In this document: one piece after another, positions 13,631 to 28,076 of the stretch
How the letters are laid out: each line of letters starts with the position of its first letter
Numbering within the stretch: position 1 is the stretch's first letter
NCBI GenBank assembly: GCA_964016885.1
Contig: OZ024741.1
Coordinates: 303,056,001-303,120,000 of the forward strand
From: Eledone cirrhosa
Lineage: Eukaryota
DNA: 64,000 nucleotides
Reading direction: 5' to 3'
Notes under the pieces: generated by a model
The model's database searches: none
What the model saw: only the letters and a program-made list of their open reading frames with translations
What the model was told of the DNA's origin: nothing
Program-made: the position numbers and the translations under genes

Positions 13631-14322
13631 AGTGGAAGTTAGTAAAATCGTAGTTGCGGCGGTCGGCCAGCATCCACGAAAAAAACAATCTGGAGCTTGC
13701 ACGAAGCGCTCGATAAGAAGGTATCGATAAATCGATAGGTTATATCTTAGAGTAATATACATACGTTAAATAGCGTGACAAATTGAAAACTGTGAAGCCA
13801 CCACAACAACGAATATATATATACATATATAGACAGAAATTCCCTTACACAATATTAGACTACACACAATAATTATTTTACTAAACTCATACTTCTGAAG
13901 TAGTGGTAGTAACTGTTTATATTTCTATTTTAGTTTCTTTTCGTCGTGTATTTGTAGTTGCCATAGTGTTAAAGAAGCAGTTAAGGCAGTGCGCAGACAC
14001 GCCGATCTACTCCTATCTGCACACTCTATATTGTTAAAAAATTTCGATTAACTCATCTTATTGGAATTCTCTCCCTCTCTCTCGTTTGTTGTTTGTAGAT
14101 TTTGAACACCCCTAAAGGGAGTTTTTATTTACTAATTGCCTGAATAATATCAGTTGAGCGGTTTTTTCAGCTCATAATTACATATTTGAGCGCCTACCGT
14201 ATTTTTGTGATGAAGAACTATGAAGACTAGAAACTAATTAGATCCCTTCTATTTATTTGTTGATTGGGAGATAAAGACTTTTGATGTAATCACTTTTTTT
14301 AACTTTTAATTACAATGCTAAA

Positions 14323-14790
14323 TCTTCTTCTTCTTCTTCTTCTTCTTCTTCTTCTTCTTCTTCTTCTTCTTCTTCTTCTTCTTCTTCTTCTTCTTCTTCT
14401 TCTTCTTCTTCTTCTTCTTCTTCTTCTTCTTCTTCCGAGGTTAGCTTTGCCTTTCATCCTTACTGGGTCGATAAAATAAAGTACCAGTCATGCGCTGGGG
14501 TCGATTTAATCGACTTTACCCGCCACCAAAATTTCTGGCCTTGTGCCTATATCAGAAATCATTATTATTATTATTGTGAGGGTCGTGGGGACAGAGTCCT
14601 CAAACACTCAAGCAACCGTTTCCAACTGATCCGGTTGGATCCCCAAGCGAGGCCAGCTAAACTCATGGATGTTATCCAACCATCTTGCTCGGGGTCTACT
14701 CCTGGGTTTCCTGCCAGGTTGGTTTTTGCCTTTAAAATCCGTCCAGCTATTCTTTCCTGAGATATTCTAACCACAAGCCCGTAATATCGG
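14323..14790 (-). mobile_element. RTE-like LINE 3' fragment with (GAA)n tail, interrupted by a SINE (14435-14573, plus)
   Basis: 14575-14790 translates YYGLVVRISQERIAGRILKAK...PRGRPRARWLDNI and is homologous to 63310-63560. (TTC)n at 14323-14435 is the matching tail. Confidence 0.7.
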
Positions 14791-14934
14791 GTCTCGATGC
14801 TAAAATATGTTTATCAAATATAAATATATAACTTAAAAGTATACGTGACATTACATTTCAAATTATGTAAATAAAACAACACAAAAAGCAAGTAAAAATA
14901 CTGTTTATTGCATCTTAAATCTCTCTCGCTTCAC

Positions 14935-14980
<46 letters not shown>

Positions 14981-17139
14981 AAGAGAGAGAGAGAGAGGGA
15001 GAGAGAGAAGGTGAGGGAGAAAACGAGAGAAAGAGAGAGAGCAAGAGAGAGAGAGAGGTGGGGATACGCGCGTGAAGTTATAGGATGTGGGTGACTGATC
15101 TAATTTTCCCTTAAATCTAATTTCTTTTTAAGATATTATTTGTTCTTCCCTCACCGCAACTTTCTGCCAATTTCATTCTCCCTTTCGTTCACAACTTCCG
15201 CTTCAGCTCATCACTTCCGCTTGTTGAATGAAAAAAAACAACTATGCCTCGCTTTTAATTAGTCGTTTTTGGCGTCTAAAAATTCTTCATTTGGAATTCT
15301 TCAACTATACATTAAGCTATTAAGTTATTAGCGTCTGCAACAAGGAGCTGTTATATGCAATACTGGGTCATCGTTTAGGCAGAATTGGGTAACCGTGGGG
15401 AAACCGGAACTCGTTTTATTACTGAGGAATCACCGCAGTGTTACTTTAACGCTCAGTGGGAACTATTTTAATGAGAAAATTTCTGTACATTATGCTATTA
15501 GTGTTTTGTTTCAAGATGTCATCTAATAGATAATGATTTGTAAGACACCGAGAGAACCTCTACTCGCTCGCCCCACCTGCTAGTATTGTATGTATGGTAT
15601 GGATCTGTAACTCCTGAGGGGGTCGTAGGGGCGCCATATTGACATACGGCGTCTCTAGGGCATTTTTTTAAAACCTGGCGGAGCCTATCTCCTCTCCAGG
15701 CCTGAATACAGTAGATTTCTTCCAGAGAAGGATAGAGAGTGAAAGAAAGGAAGTGAGAAAGAGATATAGAGGAAGAATCGACCCCAGTACTTGACAGGTA
15801 CTTTTTTATCGACCATTAATGGATGAAAGACAAAATAGTACTAAATTAGTAAATCTGTGATCAAATGCGTTCCAGCCGTAGTAATTTCGTCCTGCATAAG
15901 ATTACATTATCCAATGTAATTTTCCCTTTTCAAGACGGTATATAATAATTTGAGAGAGACTTTGCTGCTCTATCTACAGATCGAGTAGTACTATAAGCCA
16001 ACAAAAGACTATACAGCACTACTTAAAGTAGAAAGCTGTATCTCTTTCTTTAAACTGAAAGGAATTGTTGATGTTAAAAGTTTGGTCAACCTCATGTCAT
16101 TTCTAGTAACATTGGATATTACAGGAAGGCAGGACAATTTAATGGACTGTTGCTTTCAGCCGTTGTTGTTCTTATTTATCAGTTTAACTATGCGGTTAAA
16201 TGAAGATGTCTCAGCGGATTCAATAGGCTGCAACAATCAATTAATGCACGTATCGTACTGAATGACATCCAAATTACACTTTTTGAAGCTTAGATCTGCC
16301 TACCTCTATTTTTCTTAAAATACCTCTTTTGTTTTTGGATAAGTTATCTTTCCTGGAACTATGCATCTCAATGCTGTACCTCAGCGATACATCCTGAAAA
16401 TTTACAATATATTTGCTATTCCAGCAATGAACTGTATTTCTCTCAGAGACATACGAATGAAATGTTGATCATACAGCAAAAGATTTCATCTTCTTTTTAA
16501 ATTTTCTGAAAAAGTCTGACACTATGAGAACGTAGAATGTAAAGCCAGGCGATAGTATTAAACTGGGCAACTACCAGATAGATAGTTCTGGATTTTTATC
16601 CGTCATCATTGACATTTACTCACTTGATTCTGAAACAAAATAGCCTAAAACCTATATGGGGTTTGCGTATGAAACTTCGGCTGGAAATGGTTTTACCCTA
16701 TTTTGTCTTTGTAGTGAGGAGTAAAAGTAATTGAGATAGTTATGACATGATCAAAGCTCGTAAAAATATTCATAGCGAGATTACACAAACATCGAATATG
16801 TTTCAATAGATCTCTTTATTTGTCAGTAAATACAATTTATATGGACTTAATTGTCGTAGCTTTATTTTAATAATTAAATAACGACTGCAATATTTTCAGA
16901 TCACATTATATTTGAAGGAATATATTTGGATTGCTTTGATAATTGATAATAACTGTAACCAAATCATATGAAATTTGAAAATGCGAGAGTCCCAAACGCA
17001 GAAAATAACTGTAATAACAGCCGATCACTATAAATAATTTAACCAATTAAATCTATTATTCTTGGAGCGAAGGAAATCCGATAAATTAATTAATATAATA
17101 TTGGCGTGAAGAAATTGTCAAAAGCAGAAACGTCAGCGG

Positions 17140-17548
17140 CCCCCTGAGTAAGGAAACCCGCGAGGTGGAGTAGATGTTGCAGCAGTTGTCGCTGGCTATT
17201 GTCCATGGTAATGTCTTTGCATTTTTGTCCATGGGGCGCAGCCGAAACACCGCCCTGACCAAGGTGTAGAGTCTGGCGCCCTCACCCCTTCCCCTTCTAT
17301 TTCTTCCTTGCCTAATAATCCTTGCCCTTTCTTTATAGTATTTGCTTTTTCACTCCTTTTCTTCTTATTTATGGAATTTATAGTCCTTTCCTTTACTTTC
17401 CTATACAGCCAGATCTGCCCTTCTTTGCCCCTTCCCCATTTTTCCTTATTTAATTTTGTTCTTATCCTTTCTTAATAATTTCATCATTGTATAACATTTG
17501 GTGTTTCGAACCTAAAAATCTCCACCCAACAAATAAAAAATAAAAAAG
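17140..17548 (+). mobile_element. CRE-like (restriction-like endonuclease) non-LTR 3' fragment
   Basis: ETREVE*MLQQLSLAIVHGNVFAFLS matches the C-terminal LSLAI.RGN motif, followed by a pyrimidine-rich UTR and an A-rich end. Confidence 0.5.
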
Positions 17549-17792
17549 AAACAATAAGAGTCCCTATGTCAACATACAGAAAAGTATGGTTCATATATTT
17601 AATTTTGAATTCGTTTATTTATTTTTATTGGTGAAATGATAATCCTATGCTTGCACACGCGTGCATACAACACTTATACAGTTGCAGTGAGGTTATAACG
17701 CATGTATTATACAGTTAATGAGATAGCATCTCAAACACACACACACACACACAGACCAGCACACACACACACACATAAAAGCACAAAATATC

Positions 17793-17843
<51 letters not shown>

Positions 17844-17865
17844 GCTTATATACAGAAACACATTT

Positions 17866-17947
<82 letters not shown>

Positions 17948-18448
17948 TGTGGTGGGGGCGTGTGTGTGTGTTTATGTTTATGTATACATAAATACATAGA
18001 TATGTACGTAAATATGTATGAATATATGCATACACATACACACACACACATATATATACACAGTGTATATATATATGTATATATATATAAATATATATAT
18101 ATATGTGTGTGTGTGTATGAATGTATTCATATTCATAAATAAATAAAAGGACAATTGGACTGGTGGTGTGGTGGTGGTGGTGGTGGTGTGTGTGTGGTGG
18201 TGGTGGTGGTGGTAGTGGTGTGTGTGGTGGTGGTGGTGGTGTGTGTGTGGTGGTGGTGGTGGTGGTGTGTGTGGTGGTGGTGGTGGTGGAGAGTTGGAAT
18301 GATTTCTTCATACACTGTCGTTGAAACATTCACACAGAAACCGATGTGGAATACATTCTCACTGCGAATAAATACGAAACACGTGTATGCCTACATATGT
18401 GCACAGTGACACATACTCGCATATATATACATATGCATGCTTATATAC

Positions 18449-18479
<31 letters not shown>

Positions 18480-18889
18480 TGTATGTATGTATGTATGTAT
18501 GTATGTATGTATGTATGCATGTATGTATGTTTATATGCATGCATATAAACATACATACACACAGATACACATACATACATATACATATGTACATATATAT
18601 GGAGAGAAAGAGGGAAGGAGAGAGAGAGCTGTTACATAACTATAGCATTCACCCCTCATACAACGCCCCGCACACTCGCACATACACATACACACACCAT
18701 TGTGTGTGTTTGTGAGTGAGTTCACACGTGGCCATGTGTTTGTGTGTGTTCTTGTGTGAGCGTGCGCGTGTGTGTGTGTGCGTGCTTGTGTATAACAAAA
18801 TAATAAAAGGATTATAAAAAAAAAACAGACAACAAAAGAAGAAAACATTAAAAGATTTACATTTAAAGCTGTGACACCTTCTCTAATGG

Positions 18890-19225
18890 CAACCTGGTGC
18901 ATTCGGTTGCCAGCCCAGATTCTGATGCCCGCCAGGCCAAGTATTGGCCACCCACTGATAGGTTTGTGTAAGCGCCTGTAGCAGTGGAGACTTCCAGCGC
19001 TCTTGGCCCCCAGACCACATCCCTACTCACTGCTATCGGAGCAGAACTGGCTGCCCGCAGGTGCGAGCCCTGCGTGGTGGAGTGGTGTCTCCCTCGCCGT
19101 CCTCAAGGTCAATGTATTCTTCATCCTGTCGACGGTGACCAAGAGGTGGAGGGTAAGTTATTTGGAGTTGGAGGATACTCATTTTCTCTTCTCATCCACC
19201 TTCACTCACTCGATCTCACTCACTC
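18890..19225 (+). mobile_element. CRE-like non-LTR 3' fragment
   Basis: VAVETSSALGPQTTSLLTAIGAELAARRCEP...LAVLKVNVFFIL. Nucleotide similarity to 50670-50895 (minus). Confidence 0.55.
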
Positions 19226-19854
19226 TTTTTAATATAGAATTATGTATGTTTAAGAAATTGGGACTTTGGGATTAAGCTGGAATCTGATTTTAGATCAGCA
19301 AATAAAGTATTCTAGCTTTTCATATGCCAATTTCGTAATAAGAAGTACTGTTCTACACCTGCAATCAGGTACTCGTTAGGAATTTGTCTCTTCCAAGAGA
19401 CGTGCATCAACGCGATTTGAAGATAATATTTTGCTGATCACTCGGACCCAGTCTAAATAACAAACTGATGTACGTGAGGTGCATCTGCAGTCGAAGACTA
19501 ACCCCTCTGAAGCTGAAGTCACCAGATGACTCTATCAGGATTTGAGGACACTTTACTTTATTCTGTTGTAAGCATTTTGACAAAGTCTCTTGATGAAGAT
19601 AACTCGATATCTTGCTCTGCTGCTTCCTACTGCAGCAAACAATGACGTAGTTGTTCCTCCTCTATTAGCCCCATCAGTCTCAGACACGTTGCATAAGGTT
19701 ATGGACACTGTCCTTTCTGCTCTGTCTAAGCCTTGTATGAATGGACTCGAAACTTCTAGTGGAATCGTGGGAGCACTGTTGTGACATACGACGTGTCTTG
19801 GGCACTTTAAACCTGACGGGGCCCCTCTAACTTACATGTCTGAACAGCAAAGAC

Positions 19855-20000
19855 GTTAGAACGTTGCATACAATACTTTATCCTATTCGTTTCGACTCTC
19901 TGCGAGCTCCGAGTTCAAATCCCGCTGAGGGGTCAACTTTGCCTTTCATCATTTCGAGGCCGATAAAAATAATAAAAAAAACAAGTCTGGTACTGAGGTG
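19855..20000 (+). mobile_element. tRNA-derived SINE, main family, diverged
   Basis: CCGAGTTCAAATCCCGCTGAGG...CTTTGCCTTTCATCATTTCGAGGCCGATAAAA. Confidence 0.7.
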
Positions 20001-20562
20001 GATTCTTCTTCTATATCTCTTTCGTAATTCCTCTCTCTCACACTCTTTCTTCTCTGTAAGAAAGTGACTGCGTTTCGCCAGATTAAAATGCCCAAGACAT
20101 CTGTATGTGAACATGGCGACTCTATGACTCCATCAGGGGTTAAGTGCCATTGATGTTGAAGATGATGACATAACCCATTGTTTTACGGACGGAATAAGTA
20201 ATATTCTGTTTCTCCATTAAACCTTCATAAAGCCATGTTTGTGGATTATATGTTATTTTGTTCTATAGAGAAGTTTATCAACGTGTAACACATGAAAACA
20301 CGAAAGTTGGGGCAAACAGATTATTATTATAAATCGCTCGTAGTCACAACTACAACAATTCTAATGAAGCAAAGAACTACATAGAGAAACGTCCACTCTC
20401 TGTATCAGAAAGATACATAGAGCTAAAAATAAAAGGCAAATGTGACTAACTTCCAGCACTGTATCCAGCTGTAACTCGGAATATATGGAAACTGTAAAAT
20501 GTTTTACAGCTTCAATATATGCATTATATATATATGTATATATATGTGTGTGAGGGTGTGTT

Positions 20563-20705
<143 letters not shown>

Positions 20706-20884
20706 TATTATTATTATTATTGATATATATATATGTATATCTGATATATGTGTGAGTAGCTGCGTATGTTTATAATAGAATTTACTTAGAATTTCATGTG
20801 TGTGATTGTGTATAACCAGATGGATTTTTAATCTGCTGACATATTTAGAAAACGAAGAATGTTTTCTTTCGGCCATCTGTGTGT

Positions 20885-20954
<70 letters not shown>

Positions 20955-21256
20955 TTGTTGATGATGATGATGATGATGATTTCTTTATTAACCACGAAGG
21001 GTTTACATCAAGAAAAACATTATGACGGCACAGGACGATAACATAGAGTGTGTGTATGTGCTGGTGTGTGGGTTTTGTGTGTAAACAAATTTTAACAATG
21101 TTAAAAAAAAGGAAAATAATAATAAAATTAAAACAAAGGAGGTTCCTCAATAGGAAGGAGACGTTCGAGGGTCACTTTTGGAAAAAACCCATAAAACCAC
21201 GGGTGCCCTGATTTCTAGGGTAAATGCCCTTTCCGAGTTGTACTCCTCCAATCTAT

Positions 21257-21420
21257 GGCGTATTGGTGTAAATGGTAGCACAGTGGTGATGATAGCCAAA
21301 GATGTGTGTTCGTGTCCCATGTACATAAATACTCATCCCTTTTTTCATTCTGTGGGTTTTTTAACGCCAACTAATTTATTTAGTCAAAATACGGCGTAAG
21401 CACTATTTTACTAGCTATTT
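21257..21420 (+). mobile_element. Second tRNA-derived SINE-like family
   Basis: A-box-like TGGTGTAAATGGTAGCAC and B-box-like GTTCGTGTCCC. Second copy at 24293-24465. Confidence 0.6.
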
Positions 21421-21936
21421 TTCAAAATCTTCGCTGTTAGTAAACAAAGCCAAGCTTTGTATCTTATATGTATGTATATACTAGCAGTGGTACCCCGCGT
21501 TGCAGGGGATAAGGTATTGTGAAATAAATAACCGCCTTAGCTAAGCTTAGTATTGCCACAACCACGGCTGGCAAAGAAGTAAGGGTCTGGTGGTACGTAA
21601 GTAAGCAACACTGTAGCTTAAAACGTGAGGAAGAAGTTGTTTGGGGAATGAGTGTGAGATTTATCTTGAGCAAGGGTGGCGAAATAACCGGAGGCAGCAG
21701 ACAGCCAGACATACAGACAGATATTATAAGGGCGCGACCATATATGTATGTATCTATCTAAAAAGAGAAAGACTAAGAATTATAGAGAGAGATCGCTAAA
21801 TCGCCTAATGCGGTCCCTAGGGCATTGAAAATTTGAAATTGTTTTTGCTCAGAACACTCTCTGAAACATTATTATTATATGTGTAAAGTTTGAAAACAGT
21901 CGGTTGGGTGGTTCTCTAGTTTTAGGGATTGTATAT

Positions 21937-22395
21937 ACAATGTATATACAGTGTATTTTGCAATACACTGTATGCTTAATTAAAAGCATTTTGAAGACCT
22001 TACGCTATTGTTTTAAAGTAGTGACTATGTCACTACATTCATATATATATCGGTATTTCAGAGCACCAATTCTAATTTTCAATTTTTGCTGGACCGGCAA
22101 CCGCTCTGTATAATCAGTTCCTGATTATTACTGGAATTCTATAAGAATCCAACATTCATAATTTTCAGCAAACAAAGGGAGTGGTAAGCTCTGAAGAGTA
22201 CCAACAGTACGAAACAGAGATCTGTCAGCTTATCTCCCTTTGTTTGCTGGAAAAAAGAAGTAAGTGACATTGTCACTACTTTAATACAATAGCGTAAGGT
22301 CTTCAAAATGCTTTTAATTAAGCATACAGTGTATTGCAAAATACACTGTATATACATTCATATATATATCGCTATTTCAGAGCACCAATTCTAAT
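21937..22395 (+). mobile_element. Retrozyme-like element (family C): 319-bp terminally redundant unit plus inverted 5' copy
   Basis: TACATTCATATATATATCG.TATTTCAGAGCACCAATTCTAA occurs at 22034 and 22353. About 21937-22034 is the reverse complement of about 22263-22358. It contains an intact HHR and ends in (TA)n. Confidence 0.8.
22166..22249 (+). ncRNA. Type I hammerhead ribozyme, canonical core with extended helix I
   Basis: TAAGCT-CTGAAGA-GTAC caaca GTAC-GAAA-CAG agat CTG-TC-AGCTTA. Distal helix CAGCAAACAAAGGGAG/CTCCCTTTGTTTGCTG (16 bp). Predicted cleavage after C22226. Confidence 0.92.
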
Positions 22396-22790
22396 ATATA
22401 TATATATTTCTCCACACACAGACTATATCAATCATATAAAGATTTTGCCACCAGATCTACCAACCTAACACTCTTATTTACCTACCTAAGTGCCTCTACC
22501 ACACATATCTCTCTGCCACACTATATAAACAAGACGCACATGCGTGCCACACATATAACATTTGCACTATATAACCACTTATCTTCATGTTGTATTTTAA
22601 CCTATATCTTTGATTTTTGATTGTACCTATTAATATTAATATAAATGTAATCTCGAAGTGTGTACTGCCACTCTAAATTCTGTAATGAATGTTGACCCAC
22701 AATGTTTGAATGTGTATCAATGTTTGAATATGTATTGGTATGTCTCTCGGCTGAAAAGGAGGTCATATAACTGTCCATGCATTAATAAAT

Positions 22791-22837
22791 TGCTCCGAAG
22801 AATCCAAACCTCGGTTTGGAGGAAACAGCTGTAAGCA
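22791..22837 (+). ncRNA. Type I hammerhead ribozyme, CCGANGA core variant
   Basis: TGCT-CCGAAGA-aTCCAAACCtcGGTTTGGAg-GAAAC-AGCT-GTA-AGCA, about 40 nt before a long (TA)n. Confidence 0.75.
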
Positions 22838-22868
22838 CAATAATGTTTTGAACAGTTCTTTGATTCTT

Positions 22869-22950
<82 letters not shown>

Positions 22951-23001
22951 CATATATATATACATATATATATATATATACATATATATATACATATATA
23001 C

Positions 23002-23038
<37 letters not shown>

Positions 23039-23153
23039 CATATATATACATATATATACATATATATATATACATATATACATATATATATATATACATA
23101 TATATACATATATATACATATATATATATACATATATACATATATATATATAT

Positions 23154-23184
<31 letters not shown>

Positions 23185-23291
23185 TACATATATTTATACA
23201 TATATACATATATATATATATATACATATATATACATATATATATACATATATACATATATATATATATATACATATATATGTATATATAT

Positions 23292-23383
<92 letters not shown>

Positions 23384-23973
23384 GTATATATATAGATGTA
23401 TATATATATGTATATATATATCTGTGATAATTATTGCTATTTTGCTGAACTCCTTTGTAGAGTTTTTTTCAGAATGTATTTGACTGCTATTTCTTGTAAA
23501 TAAACATTCACTTCCATCCTGACGTCACTAGCCCCGTTTTTTCCTCATGTGCTTTTTCATAAATACACATGAAGGCGAACTAACCAGTTTTAGAACTCCC
23601 TTTTTCGGATTATATTACTGTGAGAGCCCTGGTTTCTGTTGAGCTCTGCTGATGAATGAAATCCAACCGTGACCATCTCCACTGAAAGTTTTCATGAAAT
23701 AGTCTTTTAAGACTATACAGAGCATTTGATGTTATTCCAAATTGAAGGATAAGTGTTTCAAACTTTATTTTATCATGAGTTAAAGGTCTATAGATTTTTC
23801 CCTGGATTTTACTAAATTCTGTGGATGAATTTATATCCTGATTCTCTTTTGAGATGAGTTTGAGTTATTTTTCCTAAATCTTTCGTTAACTACTTTTCCC
23901 ATCTTGACGTTATAGTCGCATATATATTATAGAATGCCGTTAGCTTCTTGCTAAAACAATCTCTATACCTCTC

Positions 23974-24063
<90 letters not shown>

Positions 24064-24076
24064 GTATATATATATG

Positions 24077-24200
<124 letters not shown>

Positions 24201-24213
24201 TATATATATATAT

Positions 24214-24256
<43 letters not shown>

Positions 24257-24292
24257 TACATAGCTTCAATTGAATGGAACGAAGGTGTTGGT

Positions 24293-24465
24293 AGCGTATT
24301 GGTGTAAATGGTAACACAGTGATTATGCTAACCAAAGTAGTGGGTTCGTGTCCCATGTATATCAATGCTCACCCCCCCCCCCCCCCGATTCTGTGGGGTT
24401 TAAACCCCAACTAATAGACTAATTTATTTAGTCAAAATATGGCGTAAGCACCATTTTACTAGTAT
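24293..24465 (+). mobile_element. Second tRNA-derived SINE-like family, copy 2
   Basis: Colinear with 21257-21420. Confidence 0.6.
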
Positions 24466-25732
24466 ATTTGTATTTTGGGGTGTGCTTTCACATCGCTTCG
24501 AGATGGATTATCACGAAGTTTTAACGGATGTGGTTTCTTTATTATTTATTTATTTATTGGTATGTTACAAATAGGGCACTTTGAAACGTTAGGCCATCTA
24601 TTTTAATACCTGGGGAAAACAAAAAACAAAACAAAGCATTCTGTCTTTTAGACATTATAGTTTTCATTTCGTGTTTACATTTATCTCAATAAGACTTCAG
24701 GTTCTAGCGGTGTGAAGTTTTCATAATAAAGTAACAATGAACGAAACAAACAAGTAAGCAGGCATACATATACTTTTTCGAATGAAATATTTAAGAACAA
24801 AATTTTAACAAATGAAAGCATTAGTTTACACAAACATAAACAAAGACATTGACAATAACAAGTCTTTAGCTAGCATTGTTGTACAAAGAGAAGTCCTAAC
24901 CATTACAATGCCGCAGGCGAAAAAAAAAAATCAGCGTGGAAGTGTAAACATAAAAAGGCTGTAAACTAACATAGCGTTTCGAAGTCAAGGGGGAAGGGCG
25001 TTATCCCAGATAGGGGTCCATTTCAGGTACTATCAACAGACTTAACAACTTCTAAAAAACCCAAACGGAGAGTACCATGAAAAAAACTACCCCAAAAGGG
25101 GGAGAAATGAGGTTAAATGAGGAGAATTATTACATAATGAAAGCTATACCCATTTTCACAAGAGAAGAGATCTCTGACCCACCACAAAATGGAGGTGTGA
25201 GTTGATAAGTCTGTATATCACAAAAGAAAATGCCTCCAGGAAAGGGGTAAGCTAACTTACCCCTGCTTTGTAAAGGGAGGAATTATTTTAAATTGCTTAA
25301 AAAAAGGACAGTTGAAAGTGGCCTTTACTGATGTTTAGAACAGTTTAAGAAATTCGCTTTGCTCCCATTAGATCCCGCTGCATGGCATCATGAGCAAGTA
25401 TCATTTACTATCATAGCCTCGAGTCGATCTATGCCTTGCGAGTGAAACTGGGTAGACAGAAACTGCTTGGAAGTCCGTCGGATAGATTGTACCTGTAATT
25501 CAAAGTATCAGCCTAATCACACTGCATCTCCTCGAGAATTACGTTAAGACAGACATATCTGTTGCATGTTCAGTCACTTACAAGTTAATTTCATAAGAAG
25601 AATGTTCCGTTGGTCGAACAACTGGGACACTCATCATTGAAACCGATGGAGGTCCATTTCATTCAGTCCTGTAGTCTTCGGGTTGTGATTAGAACCTGAA
25701 AGTGTCAGACAACATGCATTGGGGCATATAGT

Positions 25733-26650
25733 TACGTTCTGAGTTTAAATCCCGCCAACGTTAGCTTTGTTTTTCATCCTTACGGGGTCGATAAAATAAA
25801 GTACCAGTAACACACCGGGGTCGGTTTAATCGACTTTCCTATTCCCTTTAAATTGCTGGTCTTGTGTCAAAACTAGAAACAATTACTTGAATGTTAGGAG
25901 TAAAGGATCCATTCCATTTCGAAAGTACATTACAACAGAATGATCGAGTTAATAATCCATACTTATGTTCACTACCATTTCATTATGGATAGAGGACATT
26001 ATGGAGGTTACGCTACCACAATTGCATCTATTAATAGTATTTAGCATATGCACAATGCCACAAATTTAATGGGAAGAGAGAGGGCTAGTCGATTAAATTG
26101 ATCCTAGTATTTGACTAGTGCTTTATTTTATTAATCCAGGAAGGACGCGAAAAGCAAACTGACAAAACATAAATGGCATTTTGTCCAAGACTATAACGAT
26201 TCTGCCACATCACAACACATTGTTCTATATCATTCGAATTTACCTCTGTAACACCACACACACATACCACTTAAAATTTATCACCATTGAGGGGTGTGCC
26301 TTCGCAGAATTGGTAGAGCGTCGGAAAAAATGCAACGTGGTATTTATTCCGGTTCTTTTATTTCTGAGTAAAACCCCCCGAGGTTGATAAAACAAAGTAT
26401 CAGTCAAGTACTGAGGTCGGTATAATCAATTTACCCCTCCCACAAAAATTGCTGGCCTTGTGCCTAAATTAGAAGTCATTATTAGGGGTAATTGATTGCC
26501 AGAATCGGTAGAGCATCGGATAAAATGCCATTGTGGAATTTTTTTTAGCGCTTTACATTCTCGTTGAACTTTCGAGGTCAGATATTGAACTTTAATCAAC
26601 ATGCCCTTCTCCAAATTTAGAGGCCCTGTGTCTTAATTAGAAATGAATAT
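25733..26650. mobile_element. Cluster of main-family SINE copies (about 25733-25885 +, 26040-26170 -, 26300-26482 +, 26490-26650 +)
   Basis: Repeated GTCGATAAAATAAAGTACCAGT and AAATTGCTGGCCTTGTGCC motifs. Confidence 0.7.
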
Positions 26651-27073
26651 TTATCACTATTTCAATCAATTTTCCCGGACCAGCAAGGGAGTCTCTACGT
26701 GGTTGTTTCACCTGCTAAAAATAGCAGTCACATATCCTTTTAATCACACCGTACTATTTCAACAAGAAGGACATATTATGTAGTGTACATATAGGTATAT
26801 ATAAAAAAATCTGCTGGTTGGTTACGCGTGTAAAGCCTTTGATCATGTGTTCTGCTCTATCAGGACTGACCTAAGTGGTTTAGAGAGCAGCAACAACATC
26901 AATAACTCCCGTTCGTTATTCTTTGTAATCCGATCTCCCTTAAATTGTATGGATACGACACGGCGAACTTCGTGACGCCACGTCTTAGATTAATGTTAAT
27001 TAAATTTTTTTCTAATACATACTCAGACACACACAGCGCAAACACGCACACATACACACACGCATGTGTGTGA

Positions 27074-27372
<299 letters not shown>

Positions 27373-27500
27373 GTAGGAGGTGAGTTTTATTGTAGTACAA
27401 TAAAGCAATGCAGATATCGGATAAGAAGCACTCTACAGTTTGTAGGACTGGAGTATACATAATATATAAGAACAGAAGATGGTTAAAGGAGTTCCATGTA

Positions 27501-27567
27501 TTTTATTATGCGCATTTCAAAAACAAACATCATCATGCAATAATATTTGTGTTTTCATCAGATAAAA
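27501..27567 (-). ncRNA. Type I hammerhead ribozyme (family D)
   Basis: TTTTAT-CTGATGA-aaacacaaatattattgcatgatgatgtttgttttt-GAAA-TGCGCA-TA-ATAAAA on the minus strand. Confidence 0.8.
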
Positions 27568-28009
27568 CAGGAGGACATGATATGAAGGCTAAAAAACACT
27601 TGTGGATAGTGCAATTTTTTTTAGCGCTTTACATTCTCGTTGAACTTTCGAGGTCAGATATTGAACTTTAATCAACATGCTCTTCTCCAAATTTGGAGGC
27701 CCTGTGTCTTAATTAGAAATGAATATTTATCACTATTTCAATCAATTTTCCCGGACCAGCAAGGGAGTCTCTACGTGGTTGTTTCACCTGCTAAAAATAG
27801 CAGTCACATATCCTTTTAATCACACCGTACTATTTCAACATGAAGGACATATTATGTAGTGTACATATAGGTATATATAAAAAAATCTGCTGGTTGGTTA
27901 CGCGTGTAAAGCCTTTGATCATGTGTTCTGCTCTATCAGGACTGACCTAAGTTGATTTAAAACTGCACTATCCACAAGTGTTTTTTAGCCTTCATATCAT
28001 GTCCTCTTG

Positions 28010-28076
28010 TTTTATCTGATGAAAACACAAATATTATTGCATGATGATGTTTGTTTTTGAAATGCGCATAATAAAA
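28010..28076 (+). ncRNA. Type I hammerhead ribozyme (family D)
   Basis: Same motif on the plus strand: CTGATGA 28016-28022, GAAA 28059-28062, palindromic TGCGCA. Confidence 0.8.

Noticed and set aside
15000-17100. Host gene exons in the least repetitive stretch
   Set aside because: No ORF of 60 aa or more in the track and no recognisable domain. Small exons cannot be excluded without transcript data.
21257-21330. tRNA gene
   Set aside because: A/B-box-like motifs are present but I could not form a cloverleaf, and shared downstream sequence in two copies indicates a SINE.
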